A stretch of 64,000 bases of DNA from Desulfovibrio sp. (lineage in GTDB: Bacteria > Desulfobacterota > Desulfovibrionia > Desulfovibrionales > Desulfovibrionaceae), in contig JAFQED010000032.1 of NCBI GenBank assembly GCA_017415765.1, positions 4,709 to 68,708 on the forward strand. The letters run 5' to 3'. Both the position numbers and the translations under genes were made by a program. The notes below the pieces were generated by a model, which had not been told where the DNA came from, searched no databases, and saw nothing but the letters and a program-made list of their open reading frames with translations. Below, piece after piece: positions 26,114 through 36,514 of the stretch (positions within the stretch are counted from its first letter, which is position 1; each line of letters begins with the position of its first letter).

Positions 26114-27421
26114 ATGGCACTGGAACGTATGCGCGGCAAGCGTATTCAAATTGGTGAACTGGCCGTGGTTGTGGGGGCGGGGCGTTCCGGCCTGGCCGCT
26201 GCCCGCTTGCTGCGGCGTGAGGGGGCCAGGGTCAGACTGCTGGACAGCAATGCTGCAGCTCTGGATGCCGATCGGCGCGAGGAATTGCGGGCTTTGGGTG
26301 TGGAAGTGCAGTTGGGCGAACACTCGGCTGCTCAGTTTGAGAATGCGGCCATGGTGGTACCCAGCCCCGGCATACCCGTGGCCGGGCTGGCAGACTATCT
26401 GCCAGCTCAGGCTACTGGTGGCCCGGAAGTACTGGCAGAGATGGAACTGGCCTGGCGATACCTTGAGCAGGAACCCGTATTGGCAGTAACCGGCACCAGC
26501 GGCAAGACCACTACTGTATCATTGGCAGCAGCCATGTTGCAGACACAGGGCTATGCCGTTTTTTTGGGCGGGAACATCGGTACACCGCTTTCGGAATATG
26601 TGCTGTCCGGGCGCAAGGCCGATGTGCTGGTGCTGGAGGTATCCAGCTTTCAGTTACAAGGCTGCACCACATTTTGCCCACGCGTGGGTGTCCTTTTGAA
26701 TCTTTTCCCCAACCATCTGGACTATCATAAGGACATGGCCGAATACACTGAGGCCAAGTTTCGGCTTTTCCGCTGTCAGGATGAAGGGGATCTCGCTATC
26801 ATCGCCTCTGACCTGCAAAGCCTGGCAGGGAAGTTTAAGCTTTCTGTCCGCAAGCACTGGCTGCGATCGGCAGAACGATTCTCTCAAAGCAATCTGCTGG
26901 GGGCGCACAATCAGTACAATATGGAGGCTGCCTGGCAGGCCTGTCGTTTCTTCGGCGTCAGCGAAGCCAATGCCGCACGGGCCGTGGCCGCCTTCCGGCC
27001 CTTGCCGCACCGGCTGGAAAAGGTCTGCCGTCGGCAGGGGGTACTCTATGTGAACGACTCCAAGTGTACTACGGTAGCTGCTCTCAAGGTCGCGTTGGAA
27101 GCTTTCACACAGCCTGTGCGCCTGTTGTGCGGCGGTAAATTCAAGGGTGGGGATTTGGCGGCCTTGCGTGACCTCGTGCGTGAAAAAGTTGTCGAAGTCG
27201 CCTTGTTTGGGGCCAGCCGGGAGCATTTTGAGTCGGCCTGGCAGGATATTGTACCGATGCACTGGTATAGCAGACTGGAGGAAGCTGTGCAGGCTCTTGC
27301 TGCTACGGCCCGGCAGGGGGATGTGATCCTGCTGGCCCCGGCTACCGCCAGTTTTGACCTCTACAAAAGCTATACGGAAAGGGGCGATGACTTCAGGCGT
27401 ATTGCAGGCGGGCTGGCATGA
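26114..27421 (+). CDS. murD: UDP-N-acetylmuramoylalanine--D-glutamate ligase
   Basis: VVGAGRSG, VTGTSGKTT, NDSKCTT motifs. Confidence 0.95.
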   Translation: MALERMRGKRIQIGELAVVVGAGRSGLAAARLLRREGARVRLLDSNAAALDADRREELRALGVEVQLGEHSAAQFENAAMVVPSPGIPVAGLADYLPAQATGGPEVLAEMELAWRYLEQEPVLAVTGTSGKTTTVSLAAAMLQTQGYAVFLGGNIGTPLSEYVLSGRKADVLVLEVSSFQLQGCTTFCPRVGVLLNLFPNHLDYHKDMAEYTEAKFRLFRCQDEGDLAIIASDLQSLAGKFKLSVRKHWLRSAERFSQSNLLGAHNQYNMEAAWQACRFFGVSEANAARAVAAFRPLPHRLEKVCRRQGVLYVNDSKCTTVAALKVALEAFTQPVRLLCGGKFKGGDLAALRDLVREKVVEVALFGASREHFESAWQDIVPMHWYSRLEEAVQALAATARQGDVILLAPATASFDLYKSYTERGDDFRRIAGGLA

Positions 27422-28599
27422 AAAACGTTTTTGTGGATACGGGCAAAAACAGGGCTGCCAGCGGGCTTGCAGGGATGGCGGACAAAGATCCCACCCCTGC
27501 GGGCTCCTTTGACTGGTGGCTTTTCACCATTGTGCTGGTCATCCTTGCCATTGGCCTGATCATGGTACTTTCGGCCAGTGGTATTGTTGCCGAGCGCATC
27601 AACGGAGATAAGTACTATTTCTTCAAACGGCAGCTTGTCTTTACCCTCGCCGGGGGAGCAGCCCTTTGGACAGCGGCCCTGCTGCCACGCGAGTGGCTCT
27701 ACCGTATGCAGTACCCGGCCTTGTTTGTCGCACTTTTACTGCTTCTGATAACGCTTTCACCACTGGCCCCCACTATCAACGGGGCCAAACGCTGGATACC
27801 GCTGGGGCCTGTTTCCATCCAGCCCATGGAATTTGTGAAGATCGCTCTGGCATTGTATCTGGCCTATTTCATGAGCACCAAGCAGGACTTGATCAAGACG
27901 TTCAGTCGCGGGGTCATCCCTCCCTTTGCGGTGACAGGGCTGTTTTGCTTCCTGCTGCTCCTGCAGCCGGATTTTGGCAGTGCCGTTGTGCTGGCCAGTA
28001 TCCTCTTTTTCATGTGTGTGGCCGGTGGGACGCGCTTTATCTACATTTTCTGTTCCATGGCCCTTGCCTGTGCCGGAGCTATGGCCCTTGCCATTTACTC
28101 GCCCTACCGTCTGCGCCGCCTGATGGCCTTTATGGATCCTTTTCAGGATATGCACAACACTGGCTACCAGCTGGTGCAATCCCTGCTGGCCATTGGTTCG
28201 GGCAGCTTTTTTGGTGTAGGTGTGGGAGCCAGCAAGCAAAAAATGTTCTACCTGCCGGAAGCCCATAATGACTTCATCATGGCCGTGCTGGCAGAAGAAA
28301 TGGGTTTTTTGGGTGTAACGGCGGTCATGCTGCTTTTTGCCCTTCTGTTCTGGCGTTGCTACAGGATCGTCATGGGGCAGAAGGTTCTGCGCGACCGTTT
28401 TTCAGCCTTTGGTCTCACCATCATCCTTGCAATGGGCGCGGTGATGAATCTGGCTGTGGTCATGGGGGTGGCCCCGCCCAAGGGTGTGCCCATGCCCCTG
28501 ATGAGCTATGGCGGCAGTAGCTTGCTGGCAACCATGATTTGTGTGGGGCTTTTGCTCAACTACTCAAGGACAGCGGTAACGTGGACAAAATCCTCCTGA
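27418..28599 (+). CDS. ftsW: Peptidoglycan glycosyltransferase FtsW (SEDS family)
   Basis: Multi-TM SEDS protein with blocks QPMEFVKI, LQPDFGS, PEAHNDFI, PLMSYGGSS. Confidence 0.9.
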   Translation: MKNVFVDTGKNRAASGLAGMADKDPTPAGSFDWWLFTIVLVILAIGLIMVLSASGIVAERINGDKYYFFKRQLVFTLAGGAALWTAALLPREWLYRMQYPALFVALLLLLITLSPLAPTINGAKRWIPLGPVSIQPMEFVKIALALYLAYFMSTKQDLIKTFSRGVIPPFAVTGLFCFLLLLQPDFGSAVVLASILFFMCVAGGTRFIYIFCSMALACAGAMALAIYSPYRLRRLMAFMDPFQDMHNTGYQLVQSLLAIGSGSFFGVGVGASKQKMFYLPEAHNDFIMAVLAEEMGFLGVTAVMLLFALLFWRCYRIVMGQKVLRDRFSAFGLTIILAMGAVMNLAVVMGVAPPKGVPMPLMSYGGSSLLATMICVGLLLNYSRTAVTWTKSS

Positions 28600-29651
28600 C
28601 CACCGGTGGGACCGGCGGACATATTTTTCCGGCACTGGCCGTAGCGGAGGAGATCCGCCAGCGATGGCCGCAGGCGGAACTGCTCTTTGTTGGCTCGCTC
28701 TACGGGCCGGAGCAGCGACTGGCAGCCAGGGCAGGCATCCCCTTTGAGGGACTGCCTGTACGCGGCGTGCTGGGGCGTGGCCTCAAGGCTGTGGCTGCCG
28801 GGGGCAGGATGGCCTGGGCCGTCTGCAAGGCATTGGGTATTGTGCGGCGTTTCAGACCACAGGTCATTGTGGGCTTTGGCGGCTATGCGGCCTTTGCGCC
28901 CATGCTGGCCGGTCGTCTGCTGGGGGTGCCGGGTGTCCTGCATGAACAAAATGCCATAGCCGGAGCCAGCAATCGGTTGTTGTCGCGTCTGGCGCGGCAG
29001 GTGTGCCTTTCCCTGCCGCAGACACAGGGCTTTGCCCATGCGGACTGCATACTCACGGGCAATCCCGTGCGGCAGGGCGTGGCGGCAGTGGGGCATCAGG
29101 AACGGGATTTCAGCACACGACATCTCCTGATCATGGGGGGGTCCCAGGGGGCACGGGCCATCAACCGCCTTGTTCCCGGTATTTTGCCCGCCCTGCGTGC
29201 GGCCGGGGTGGAAGTCCGGCATCAGGCCGGCCCGGCAGGACTTGAAGAAACGCGGGCAGCGTATGCAGAAGCCGGACACGACCCTGCCTGTGTCACAGCC
29301 TTCATTGAGGATATGCCTGCTGCCTATGCCTGGGCAGATCTCGCCCTGTGCAGGGCCGGTGCAAGCACTGTGGCAGAATTGTGCGCGGCCGGACTGCCGG
29401 CAGTACTCGTACCTTTCCCCAGGGCTATCCATGACCACCAGACCCGCAATGCCGAGGTCATGGTGCAGGTAGGGGCGGCCTTACTGATACCAGAGCATAC
29501 GTTAGCCGGTGCAGGCCTGGCAGAACTCCTGCCCGAATTGTTGCAGGATGATACGCGCCGTACCGCCATGTCAGCCGCAGCTCTGGGGGCTGCGCGGCCC
29601 GATGCTGCCGCACGGGTAACGGATGTGGTCGCGAGGATAGCGGCTGCCTGA
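28581..29651 (+). CDS. murG: UDP-N-acetylglucosamine--N-acetylmuramyl-(pentapeptide) pyrophosphoryl-undecaprenol N-acetylglucosamine transferase
   Basis: [19 protein letters not shown]-terminus, [19 protein letters not shown] 28581 preferred over the TTG at 28539 in the ORF track (uncertain). Confidence 0.9.
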   Translation: MDKILLTTGGTGGHIFPALAVAEEIRQRWPQAELLFVGSLYGPEQRLAARAGIPFEGLPVRGVLGRGLKAVAAGGRMAWAVCKALGIVRRFRPQVIVGFGGYAAFAPMLAGRLLGVPGVLHEQNAIAGASNRLLSRLARQVCLSLPQTQGFAHADCILTGNPVRQGVAAVGHQERDFSTRHLLIMGGSQGARAINRLVPGILPALRAAGVEVRHQAGPAGLEETRAAYAEAGHDPACVTAFIEDMPAAYAWADLALCRAGASTVAELCAAGLPAVLVPFPRAIHDHQTRNAEVMVQVGAALLIPEHTLAGAGLAELLPELLQDDTRRTAMSAAALGAARPDAAARVTDVVARIAAA

Positions 29652-29724
29652 CAGTGGAGAGTGTATCGCTTGCAGCAGGGCAGTGTGCGCGCATAGTATC
29701 CAGACTTTTTCTAAAGGCAAAGCA

Positions 29725-31098
29725 ATGAAGAACAAGATCAGACATATCCACATGGTCGGTATTGGGGGGGCAGGGATGAGCGGTATTGCCGAAGTCCTCC
29801 TGTCGCTGGGCTACGAGATCTCAGGCTCGGACATGGGGGATTCGGCCGTGGTGCAGCACTTGCGACGCCTTGGGGCCAGGATCAGCGTGGGGCATGCCGC
29901 AGAAAACCTTGGCAATGTGGAGGTGCTGGTCAAATCCACTGCTATTGCCGATGACAACCCGGAAGTGCTGGAAGCCCGCCGCCGCAATATCGCCATCATC
30001 CCACGGGCCGAGATGCTGGCCGAGCTGATGCGTCTGCGGCAGGGCATTGCCATTGCCGGGACCCACGGCAAGACTACCACCACCTCGCTGACAGCCTCCA
30101 TCTTTGACAAGGCGGGCGCAGATCCCACCGTCATTATCGGTGGGCGGCTCAATGCCTATGGCACCAACGCCCATCTGGGCAGTGGTGAATACCTCATTGC
30201 CGAGGCAGATGAGTCGGATGGTTCCTTCCTTTGCCTTTTTCCCATCATCAATGTTGTCACCAATGTGGATGAAGACCATTTGGATTACTACAAGAGTCGG
30301 GAATCCATCGATGCAGCCTTTGTCCAGTTTATGAACAAGGTACCCTTTTATGGTCGCAACATTGTCTGCGGTGATGACCCCGGTGTGTGTGCCCTCTTGC
30401 CACAGGTCAAGCGTCCGGTGCTGACATATGGTTTTGACGAGGGCAACCACTTGCGTGCTGTTCTGCTGGAAAGTGGTATCCAGAGCCGCTTTGAGGTTTG
30501 GCAGGGGCAAAGCCTGCTGGGCGAGGTCAGTCTGCCGCACCCGGGACGTCACAATATCCTCAATGCTCTGGCGGCCATTGGTGTTGCCCTGGCCTGTGAC
30601 ATCAGTTTTGCGGACTGTGTGGCCGGACTGGCCGAATTTCAGGGCGTGGGGCGGCGGTTTGAGTTTAAGGGACGGCGGGACGGCGTGTGTGTGGTAGATG
30701 ACTATGCCCATCACCCGGCAGAAATAGCAGCCACCCTTGGGACTGCCCGACAGGCCTTCCCTGACAGCAGGTTGGTGGTGGCTTTCCAGCCGCATCGCTT
30801 CAGCCGTACACAGGCCCATTTCGGGGAGTTTTGCAAGGTTTTTGAACGATGCGACCTCCTTTTGCTGACGGAGATCTACGCCGCTTCAGAAAAACCCATC
30901 CCCGGGGTTTCGGGCCAGAGTCTGGCACAGGGGGTACAGCAGGTCTGTGATACACCAGTACAGTATTTTCAGACGCTGGATGCCATGCGGGAGGGACTGA
31001 CAGACATTCTGCAAGACGGGGATATCCTGCTGACTCTTGGTGCAGGTTCCATCACCCGGCTGGGGCCGGCCTGGCTGGCAGGGGGCAAGGATGCGTGA
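29725..31098 (+). CDS. murC: UDP-N-acetylmuramate--L-alanine ligase
   Basis: [36 protein letters not shown]. Confidence 0.95.
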   Translation: MKNKIRHIHMVGIGGAGMSGIAEVLLSLGYEISGSDMGDSAVVQHLRRLGARISVGHAAENLGNVEVLVKSTAIADDNPEVLEARRRNIAIIPRAEMLAELMRLRQGIAIAGTHGKTTTTSLTASIFDKAGADPTVIIGGRLNAYGTNAHLGSGEYLIAEADESDGSFLCLFPIINVVTNVDEDHLDYYKSRESIDAAFVQFMNKVPFYGRNIVCGDDPGVCALLPQVKRPVLTYGFDEGNHLRAVLLESGIQSRFEVWQGQSLLGEVSLPHPGRHNILNALAAIGVALACDISFADCVAGLAEFQGVGRRFEFKGRRDGVCVVDDYAHHPAEIAATLGTARQAFPDSRLVVAFQPHRFSRTQAHFGEFCKVFERCDLLLLTEIYAASEKPIPGVSGQSLAQGVQQVCDTPVQYFQTLDAMREGLTDILQDGDILLTLGAGSITRLGPAWLAGGKDA

Positions 31099-31981
31099 GA
31101 TCTCTTCCCCAAGCCTGGCAAGCCGTACCACCCTGCGGCTGGGCGGCACAGCCATTGCCGAGCTGATACTGGACGGGCCCGAAGATTTCACAGCTCTGCC
31201 AGAGCGACTGCAAACCCTGGGGGGTACCCCGCTGGTACTGGGTGCGGGCAGCAATATCCTTGCCCAGGACGGACAGTTGCCGCTGGTTCTGGTGCGTCCC
31301 AACATCACGACCGGGCCGGAAATCGTCGGACGTGCTGGGGACAGGATCCTGGTGCGGGCAGGTGCTGCTGTACCCCTGCCACGGCTGTTGCGTTTTTGTG
31401 CGCAGCATGGGCTGACAGGGCTGGAAGGACTGGCTGGCATCCCCGGCAGCGTGGGTGGGGCCGTGGCCATGAATGCTGGCTCATTCGGGGTACAAACATG
31501 CGAAAAAATTGAGTTTATTGATGTATTCACCCAAGGCTGCATCAACAGGATCACTGTTGCTGGACTGCAATTTGGCTATCGTACACTGTCCCTGTCTGGA
31601 AAAAATCAGGACTTCATTGTTGTTGAAGCCACTTTTGGCTTGACCGAATCCACAAGGGATGGCATCACTAATCTCATGCGTCACAACTTTTTTGAGAAAA
31701 AGTCTAGACAGCCTGTGACCGCCTGGAGTGCGGGCTGTGTCTTCAAAAATCCCGCAGGAGGATTTACTGCCGGCAAACTGCTCGACATGGCCGGCTTCAG
31801 GGGTAAAAAACTGGGCGGTATGGCCTTTTCGGAAGTGCATGCCAATTTCCTGATAAATGAGGGCAGGGGCGAGGCCGAGGCAGCCCTGACCCTCCTGCGG
31901 GAAGCCCGGGATGCGGTGCTGTCGCGCTTTGGTATCGGGCTGGAGCCGGAGGTCAGGATAGTGCCGTGCCTCTCGCTTTGA
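31091..31981 (+). CDS. murB: UDP-N-acetylenolpyruvoylglucosamine reductase
   Basis: [33 protein letters not shown] blocks. Start ATG 31091 overlaps the murC end. Confidence 0.9.
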   Translation: MREISSPSLASRTTLRLGGTAIAELILDGPEDFTALPERLQTLGGTPLVLGAGSNILAQDGQLPLVLVRPNITTGPEIVGRAGDRILVRAGAAVPLPRLLRFCAQHGLTGLEGLAGIPGSVGGAVAMNAGSFGVQTCEKIEFIDVFTQGCINRITVAGLQFGYRTLSLSGKNQDFIVVEATFGLTESTRDGITNLMRHNFFEKKSRQPVTAWSAGCVFKNPAGGFTAGKLLDMAGFRGKKLGGMAFSEVHANFLINEGRGEAEAALTLLREARDAVLSRFGIGLEPEVRIVPCLSL

Positions 31982-32865
31982 AAAAAAGCGGGCGTAAATC
32001 CCGCAATGCCTACCGCAAGGAGAGGCCAGCACGCTCACGCCCCGGCAATGCGGGCAGTGCGGGAGGCGGCATGGCAAGACTGGCCCGCGTCAAGGTGGCC
32101 CGCCGCTGGAAGCCGCATTTCGGCGGGTTGAAAACTGCGGCTGCCGTACTGTGTCTCCTGGCGGCGGCATGTGCGGTGCTGGCTGGCGTGTGTACTCTTT
32201 CGCTCTGGCTGTACAGGGTGGCGACCACAAGCGAGTTTTTTGCCACCCGCCACATAGATGTGACGGGTAATGTTCGCCTTTCCCGCGAGATGGTACTGCA
32301 GTTTGGCGGCGTCAAGGAAGGTGGAAACTGCCTGGCTGTGAGCATCGCAGATGTGGAGCGCAGACTGCTGGAGACCCCCTGGGTCGAGGAAGTATCTGTC
32401 AAACGGCTTTTGCCGGACAGATTCGTTATACGATTGAAAGAACGGATGCCCTCGTTCTGGGTACGGCAGGACGGTGTACTCTACTATGCCAATGAGGGGG
32501 GCGGCCCCATCGCCCCGGTGGAAAGCGAGAACTTTCTCTCCCTGCCCACCCTGCAAATCGAAGAGGGTGCCGAGGATGCGCGACCGTATCTGGCACGTTT
32601 GCTGCGCGATATGCAGCGTGGCGCGCTTCCGGTGGAGGCCGGAGCCATTGCGGCGGTGAATCTCAGTCCTGGTCGGGGTGTTGAGATATATCTGGAAGAC
32701 CGGGAAATGCGTCTTTCCATCGCCACCGATGACTGGGATGGCAACCTGGCGCGACTGGGCATCGCCCTTGGCGACTTGGCCCGGCGGCATGAATTGAAGA
32801 ACGTGCGTGAGGTGCGCGCCCTCAACGGCGATGTCCGAGTGATTTTGAACAGGCCCGCGCAGTAG
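31966..32865 (+). CDS. ftsQ: Cell division protein FtsQ (POTRA domain)
   Basis: Basic N-terminus, one TM (AAAVLCLLAAACAVLAGV), then a POTRA-like HIDVTGNVRLSREMVL segment. Position before ftsA. Start uncertain (GTG 31966 or ATG 32071). Confidence 0.8.
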   Translation: MPLALKKSGRKSRNAYRKERPARSRPGNAGSAGGGMARLARVKVARRWKPHFGGLKTAAAVLCLLAAACAVLAGVCTLSLWLYRVATTSEFFATRHIDVTGNVRLSREMVLQFGGVKEGGNCLAVSIADVERRLLETPWVEEVSVKRLLPDRFVIRLKERMPSFWVRQDGVLYYANEGGGPIAPVESENFLSLPTLQIEEGAEDARPYLARLLRDMQRGALPVEAGAIAAVNLSPGRGVEIYLEDREMRLSIATDDWDGNLARLGIALGDLARRHELKNVREVRALNGDVRVILNRPAQ

Positions 32866-32891
32866 GGCCGCACCGTAATGGGAGAACAGGC

Positions 32892-34127
32892 ATGAGCAAG
32901 TCCGACCTCATAGTGGGCCTTGACATCGGCACGACCAAGATCTGCGCCGTGGTCGGCGAATTGACGGAATCCGGCCTTGTAGAAGTGGTGGGCATCGGCA
33001 CGAGCGTCTCCACCGGCTTGCGCAAGGGTGTGGTGGTCAATATCGAACAGACGGTGCAGTCGGTCCGCAAAGCCGTTGAGGATGCGGAGCTCATGGCCGG
33101 TTGTGAGATCCATTCGGTCTATGTGGGTATTGCGGGCAGCCACATCATGGGCATCAACAGCCACGGGGTCATTGCCGTCAAGGGTGGAGAAGTGGGCCAG
33201 CAGGATGTGGAGCGCGCCCTTGATGCGGCACGCGCTGTGGCTATCCCGGCCGACCGTGAAGTTATCCACATCCTGCCGCAGGAATACATCGTGGATAACC
33301 AGCGCGGTATTACCGATCCGCTGGGAATGGCCGGGGTGCGGCTGGAAGTCAAGGTACACATCGTCACAGGGGCTGTATCCTCAGCGCAGAACATCGTGCG
33401 TTCCTGCAAGCGCAGCCATCTGGAAGTTTCGGACATCGCCCTGGAGGCTCTGGCTTCTGCCAAGGCCGTACTGACAGAGGAAGAGCGCGAGATAGGTGTG
33501 GCCCTTGTGGATCTGGGCGGTGGCACCACAGATATTGCCGTTTTTGTGAACGGTGCCATCAAGCATACGGCTGTGCTGGGACTTGGCGGGCAGAACCTGT
33601 CCAACGATATTGCCTATGGCTTGCGTACCCCGGTAGCTGCGGCTGAAAAAATCAAGATCAAGTACGGTTGTGCCCTGGCAGACATGGTGCGCCAGGATGA
33701 GTTTATCGAAGTACCCAGTGTGGGGGGGCGTGATCCCAGCAAGGTTTCCCGGCGTATTTTGGCCGAGATTTGCGAACCCCGGATGGAGGAGATCCTCTTC
33801 CAGGCAAATCAGGCACTGGAACGCTCCGGCTACAAGGATATGATTGCTGCAGGTGTGGTGCTGACCGGCGGGACATCCCTCATCGAAGGCTGCCAGGAGC
33901 TGGGTGAGCAGATTTTCAATGCACCCACGCGTATCGGCTACCCACGCAATGTGGGCGGCCTCAAGGATGTGGTCAACAATCCCAAATTTTCCACGGCTGT
34001 GGGGCTGCTGCGTTACGGGGCAGAAATGGAAACAGCCGGACAGAAGAAATTCAACACGCGCAGCGAATCCAGCACCTTTGACGGATTGTTTGCGCGCATG
34101 AAGAAATGGTTTGCGGATATTTCATAA
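32892..34127 (+). CDS. ftsA: Cell division protein FtsA
   Basis: VGLDIGTTKICAVV, DLGGGTTDIAVF, VLTGGTSL actin-fold motifs. Confidence 0.95.
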   Translation: MSKSDLIVGLDIGTTKICAVVGELTESGLVEVVGIGTSVSTGLRKGVVVNIEQTVQSVRKAVEDAELMAGCEIHSVYVGIAGSHIMGINSHGVIAVKGGEVGQQDVERALDAARAVAIPADREVIHILPQEYIVDNQRGITDPLGMAGVRLEVKVHIVTGAVSSAQNIVRSCKRSHLEVSDIALEALASAKAVLTEEEREIGVALVDLGGGTTDIAVFVNGAIKHTAVLGLGGQNLSNDIAYGLRTPVAAAEKIKIKYGCALADMVRQDEFIEVPSVGGRDPSKVSRRILAEICEPRMEEILFQANQALERSGYKDMIAAGVVLTGGTSLIEGCQELGEQIFNAPTRIGYPRNVGGLKDVVNNPKFSTAVGLLRYGAEMETAGQKKFNTRSESSTFDGLFARMKKWFADIS

Positions 34128-34172
34128 TGTCTGGCGGGCATTGTGAGGATTACAAACAGCTAGGAGAGGACC

Positions 34173-35474
34173 ATGGCTCAGTCGATCGTGGATGATATTG
34201 CGACCTCATTGGCCGGAGCGGCAAAAATAAAGGTTATTGGTGTCGGTGGCGGCGGGGGCAATGCCGTCAACTATATGATAGATTCCGGTCTGCACGGGGT
34301 GGAATTTGTCAGTGCCAATACAGACTTGCAGGCTCTTAACAAGAGCAATGCCAGCCAGAAGGTGCAGCTTGGTGAAAAGCTGACCAGGGGGCTTGGTGCC
34401 GGGGCCAACCCCAATGTGGGGCGCGAGGCGGCTGTGGAAAGTGTCAACGCTATCCGCGATGCCATTGGGGATGCCGACATGGTCTTTGTTACTGCTGGCA
34501 TGGGCGGTGGTACGGGTACCGGTGCTGCCCCTGTGGTGGCACAGGCCGCCAAGGAAATGGGCATCCTGACCGTGGGCGTGGTTACCAAACCCTTTAACTG
34601 GGAAGGCTCACGCCGTCAGAAAGCCGCCGAAGCCGGACTGAAAGAGTTCAAGCAGCACGTGGACTGCCTTATCACCATCCCCAACGATCGGCTGATGGCC
34701 TTTGCCCCCAAGAAGATTTCCTTCAAGGATATGCTGGAAAAGGCCAATGATGTGCTTTATTACGCTGTCAAGGGTATTTCTGACGTCATCGTGGGCGATG
34801 GGCTGATCAATCTTGACTTTGCAGACGTGCGTGCCACCATGTCCGAGGCCGGGCTTGCCCTGATGGGCACGGGTATCGCGTCGGGTGAAAACCGCGCCCG
34901 TGAGGCTGCCCAACGCGCCATCATGAGCCCGCTGCTTGAGGATGTCTCCCTTGAGAGTGCCAAGGCCGTGCTTTACAACATCACGGCCTCCATGGACATC
35001 ACCGGCGAGGAAATTTCGGAAATCGGTGAAATCATTGCCGATGCAACGCCGCCGGACGCCAACATCATTTTCGGTGTGGTCTTTGATGAATCCATTGGTG
35101 ATGAGATCCGCCTCACGGTCATTGCCACTGGCATTGAAGCACCCCAGGCCGTGCAGGACGCCCCGCAGGAAAACACAGGCAAGGTCACCATATTTGACGC
35201 ACACAAACCTGGGCCGGACGCCGTTATGGTGTCCCCACGTCGTCCTGGCGGACGGCCATTCCTGCCGGAGGAAGCCGAAATGGCACAGCCCCGTCCGCGC
35301 AGCTCCGAAAACGCGAACTGGCTTGAGGGCGGTCGTCGCCCCTATCTGATGCGACACACCGCCTTACAGGGAAGTCTGCATCGGCAGCACAAGCCCGGTC
35401 AGGATGACTTTACCTATGATGGTGATGATGACGGATTTGAGATCCCGGCCTTCATCCGTATGCAGGCTGACTAG
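34173..35474 (+). CDS. ftsZ: Cell division GTPase FtsZ
   Basis: [22 protein letters not shown] tubulin signature. C-terminal conserved peptide [14 protein letters not shown]. Confidence 0.97.
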   Translation: MAQSIVDDIATSLAGAAKIKVIGVGGGGGNAVNYMIDSGLHGVEFVSANTDLQALNKSNASQKVQLGEKLTRGLGAGANPNVGREAAVESVNAIRDAIGDADMVFVTAGMGGGTGTGAAPVVAQAAKEMGILTVGVVTKPFNWEGSRRQKAAEAGLKEFKQHVDCLITIPNDRLMAFAPKKISFKDMLEKANDVLYYAVKGISDVIVGDGLINLDFADVRATMSEAGLALMGTGIASGENRAREAAQRAIMSPLLEDVSLESAKAVLYNITASMDITGEEISEIGEIIADATPPDANIIFGVVFDESIGDEIRLTVIATGIEAPQAVQDAPQENTGKVTIFDAHKPGPDAVMVSPRRPGGRPFLPEEAEMAQPRPRSSENANWLEGGRRPYLMRHTALQGSLHRQHKPGQDDFTYDGDDDGFEIPAFIRMQAD

Positions 35475-35717
35475 TCAGCGCGGGATTCGCTGTTTTCTAC
35501 AAATTCAGGGCTTGCCTCTTCGGCCCTGAAATGCCCGCCGGGAGGCCCCAGTGGGGGGTCTCCCAGTGCAGGGAGTTCTCGGTCGCATGCCCGCTATGAT
35601 CAGGAACGATGTCTGCGGAAGCTGTGCCCGCAAGGCAGCAAGCTCAATGGTCTTCCCCTGGCAGTAAAGCCCGCATTGCCGGAGAAGGCGATTTGGGGGC
35701 AGAAGCCCCGTGGACAG

Positions 35718-35757
35718 GAAACCCGTGGACGTATCGTGCCACGGGTTTTCTGTTTGT
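35718..35757 (+). terminator. Intrinsic terminator about 245 nt downstream of ftsZ
   Basis: GAAACCCGTGG-acgtatcgtg-CCACGGGTTTTC followed by TGTTTG. Confidence 0.7.
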
Positions 35758-35899
35758 CAAATCCCCCATAATCGCGCCGTTGCTTGCGTCCCTGTCACGT
35801 CTGGCAGCAAAGGGCTATTTTTTCATGGCCTTTTGCGGCGGGAGAGGATAGAGCTTGGAAGTCACATCAGCCAGAAATTGGCTTAAAAGGAGTATACGC

Positions 35900-36103
35900 A
35901 TGGCCCTGTTTGCCGCCAGAGATATGGAGACCACTATTGCCTGTCCTCATTGCAGCGGGCATTTGCATATTGCCCGCACCTGCCATGAAGTATATATGCG
36001 CTGCCCGACTTGTGGAAAGCACTTTCCGTTACGCGATTTCGTATCCAGGGCAGACGCTGCCATGGAGCATTTTTTGGAAAATGTGTACTGTGACAGGATT
36101 TGA
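35900..36103 (+). CDS. Small dual-CXXC zinc-ribbon-like protein (67 aa)
   Basis: AAGGAG SD 7 nt before ATG 35900. CPHC...(17 aa)...CPTC arrangement: MALFAARDMETTIACPHCSGHLHIARTCHEVYMRCPTCGKHF.... Confidence 0.65.
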   Translation: MALFAARDMETTIACPHCSGHLHIARTCHEVYMRCPTCGKHFPLRDFVSRADAAMEHFLENVYCDRI

Positions 36104-36514
36104 GCCAGCGTAGGACATTCGATTTGCCACCAAAGGTTTCGTTTGGTTCTGTGGTGGGCATGGCTGTCGGCTCAATCCATGTGTTTGCGCGTTCGGCAGG
36201 CGGGCCAGAGTAGAAGGGCAAGCAGCTGCCCCACAGCAAGGGTAATATCGCGATCTACAAGGGCCAGCAGCAGAACAAGGGTCGCGCCAGACCATTGCAG
36301 ACTGCACCGGCGTTTGGCGATGGCTACTGCCTGCAATCCGATACCCCCTGGCAGGAGCAGGCAGTTGAGCCAGAGCGGCAAGCCCGGTGTAGTGAGGGTT
36401 TCCTGAAGCATGGAAAAAGGTAGCCTGAAAAAAATCCTGTGGCAAATGAGCGCAGGCATTGTCAGGTGGCACATCGTATCTATAGTTGTACAAAGATATT
36501 TGCAGGAGTGGCTG

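Noticed and set aside
31091-32865. Absence of ddl between murB and ftsQ in the dcw cluster
   Set aside because: ddl placement outside the dcw cluster is a common lineage-specific variation. It is not evidence of anything unusual without whole-genome context.
35609-35851. 80-aa plus-strand ORF downstream of ftsZ
   Set aside because: It reads straight through a strong intrinsic terminator (35718-35757), has no SD, and has a non-protein-like composition.
36172-36411. Possible 79-aa two-TM small protein on the minus strand between the CXXC gene and hslU ([23 protein letters not shown]...)
   Set aside because: The hydrophobic pattern and GC3 bias are plausible. However, there is no SD upstream and I recognise no homology. 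It is the tail of a longer shadow ORF (36172..36768) antisense to hslU. The evidence is too weak to call.
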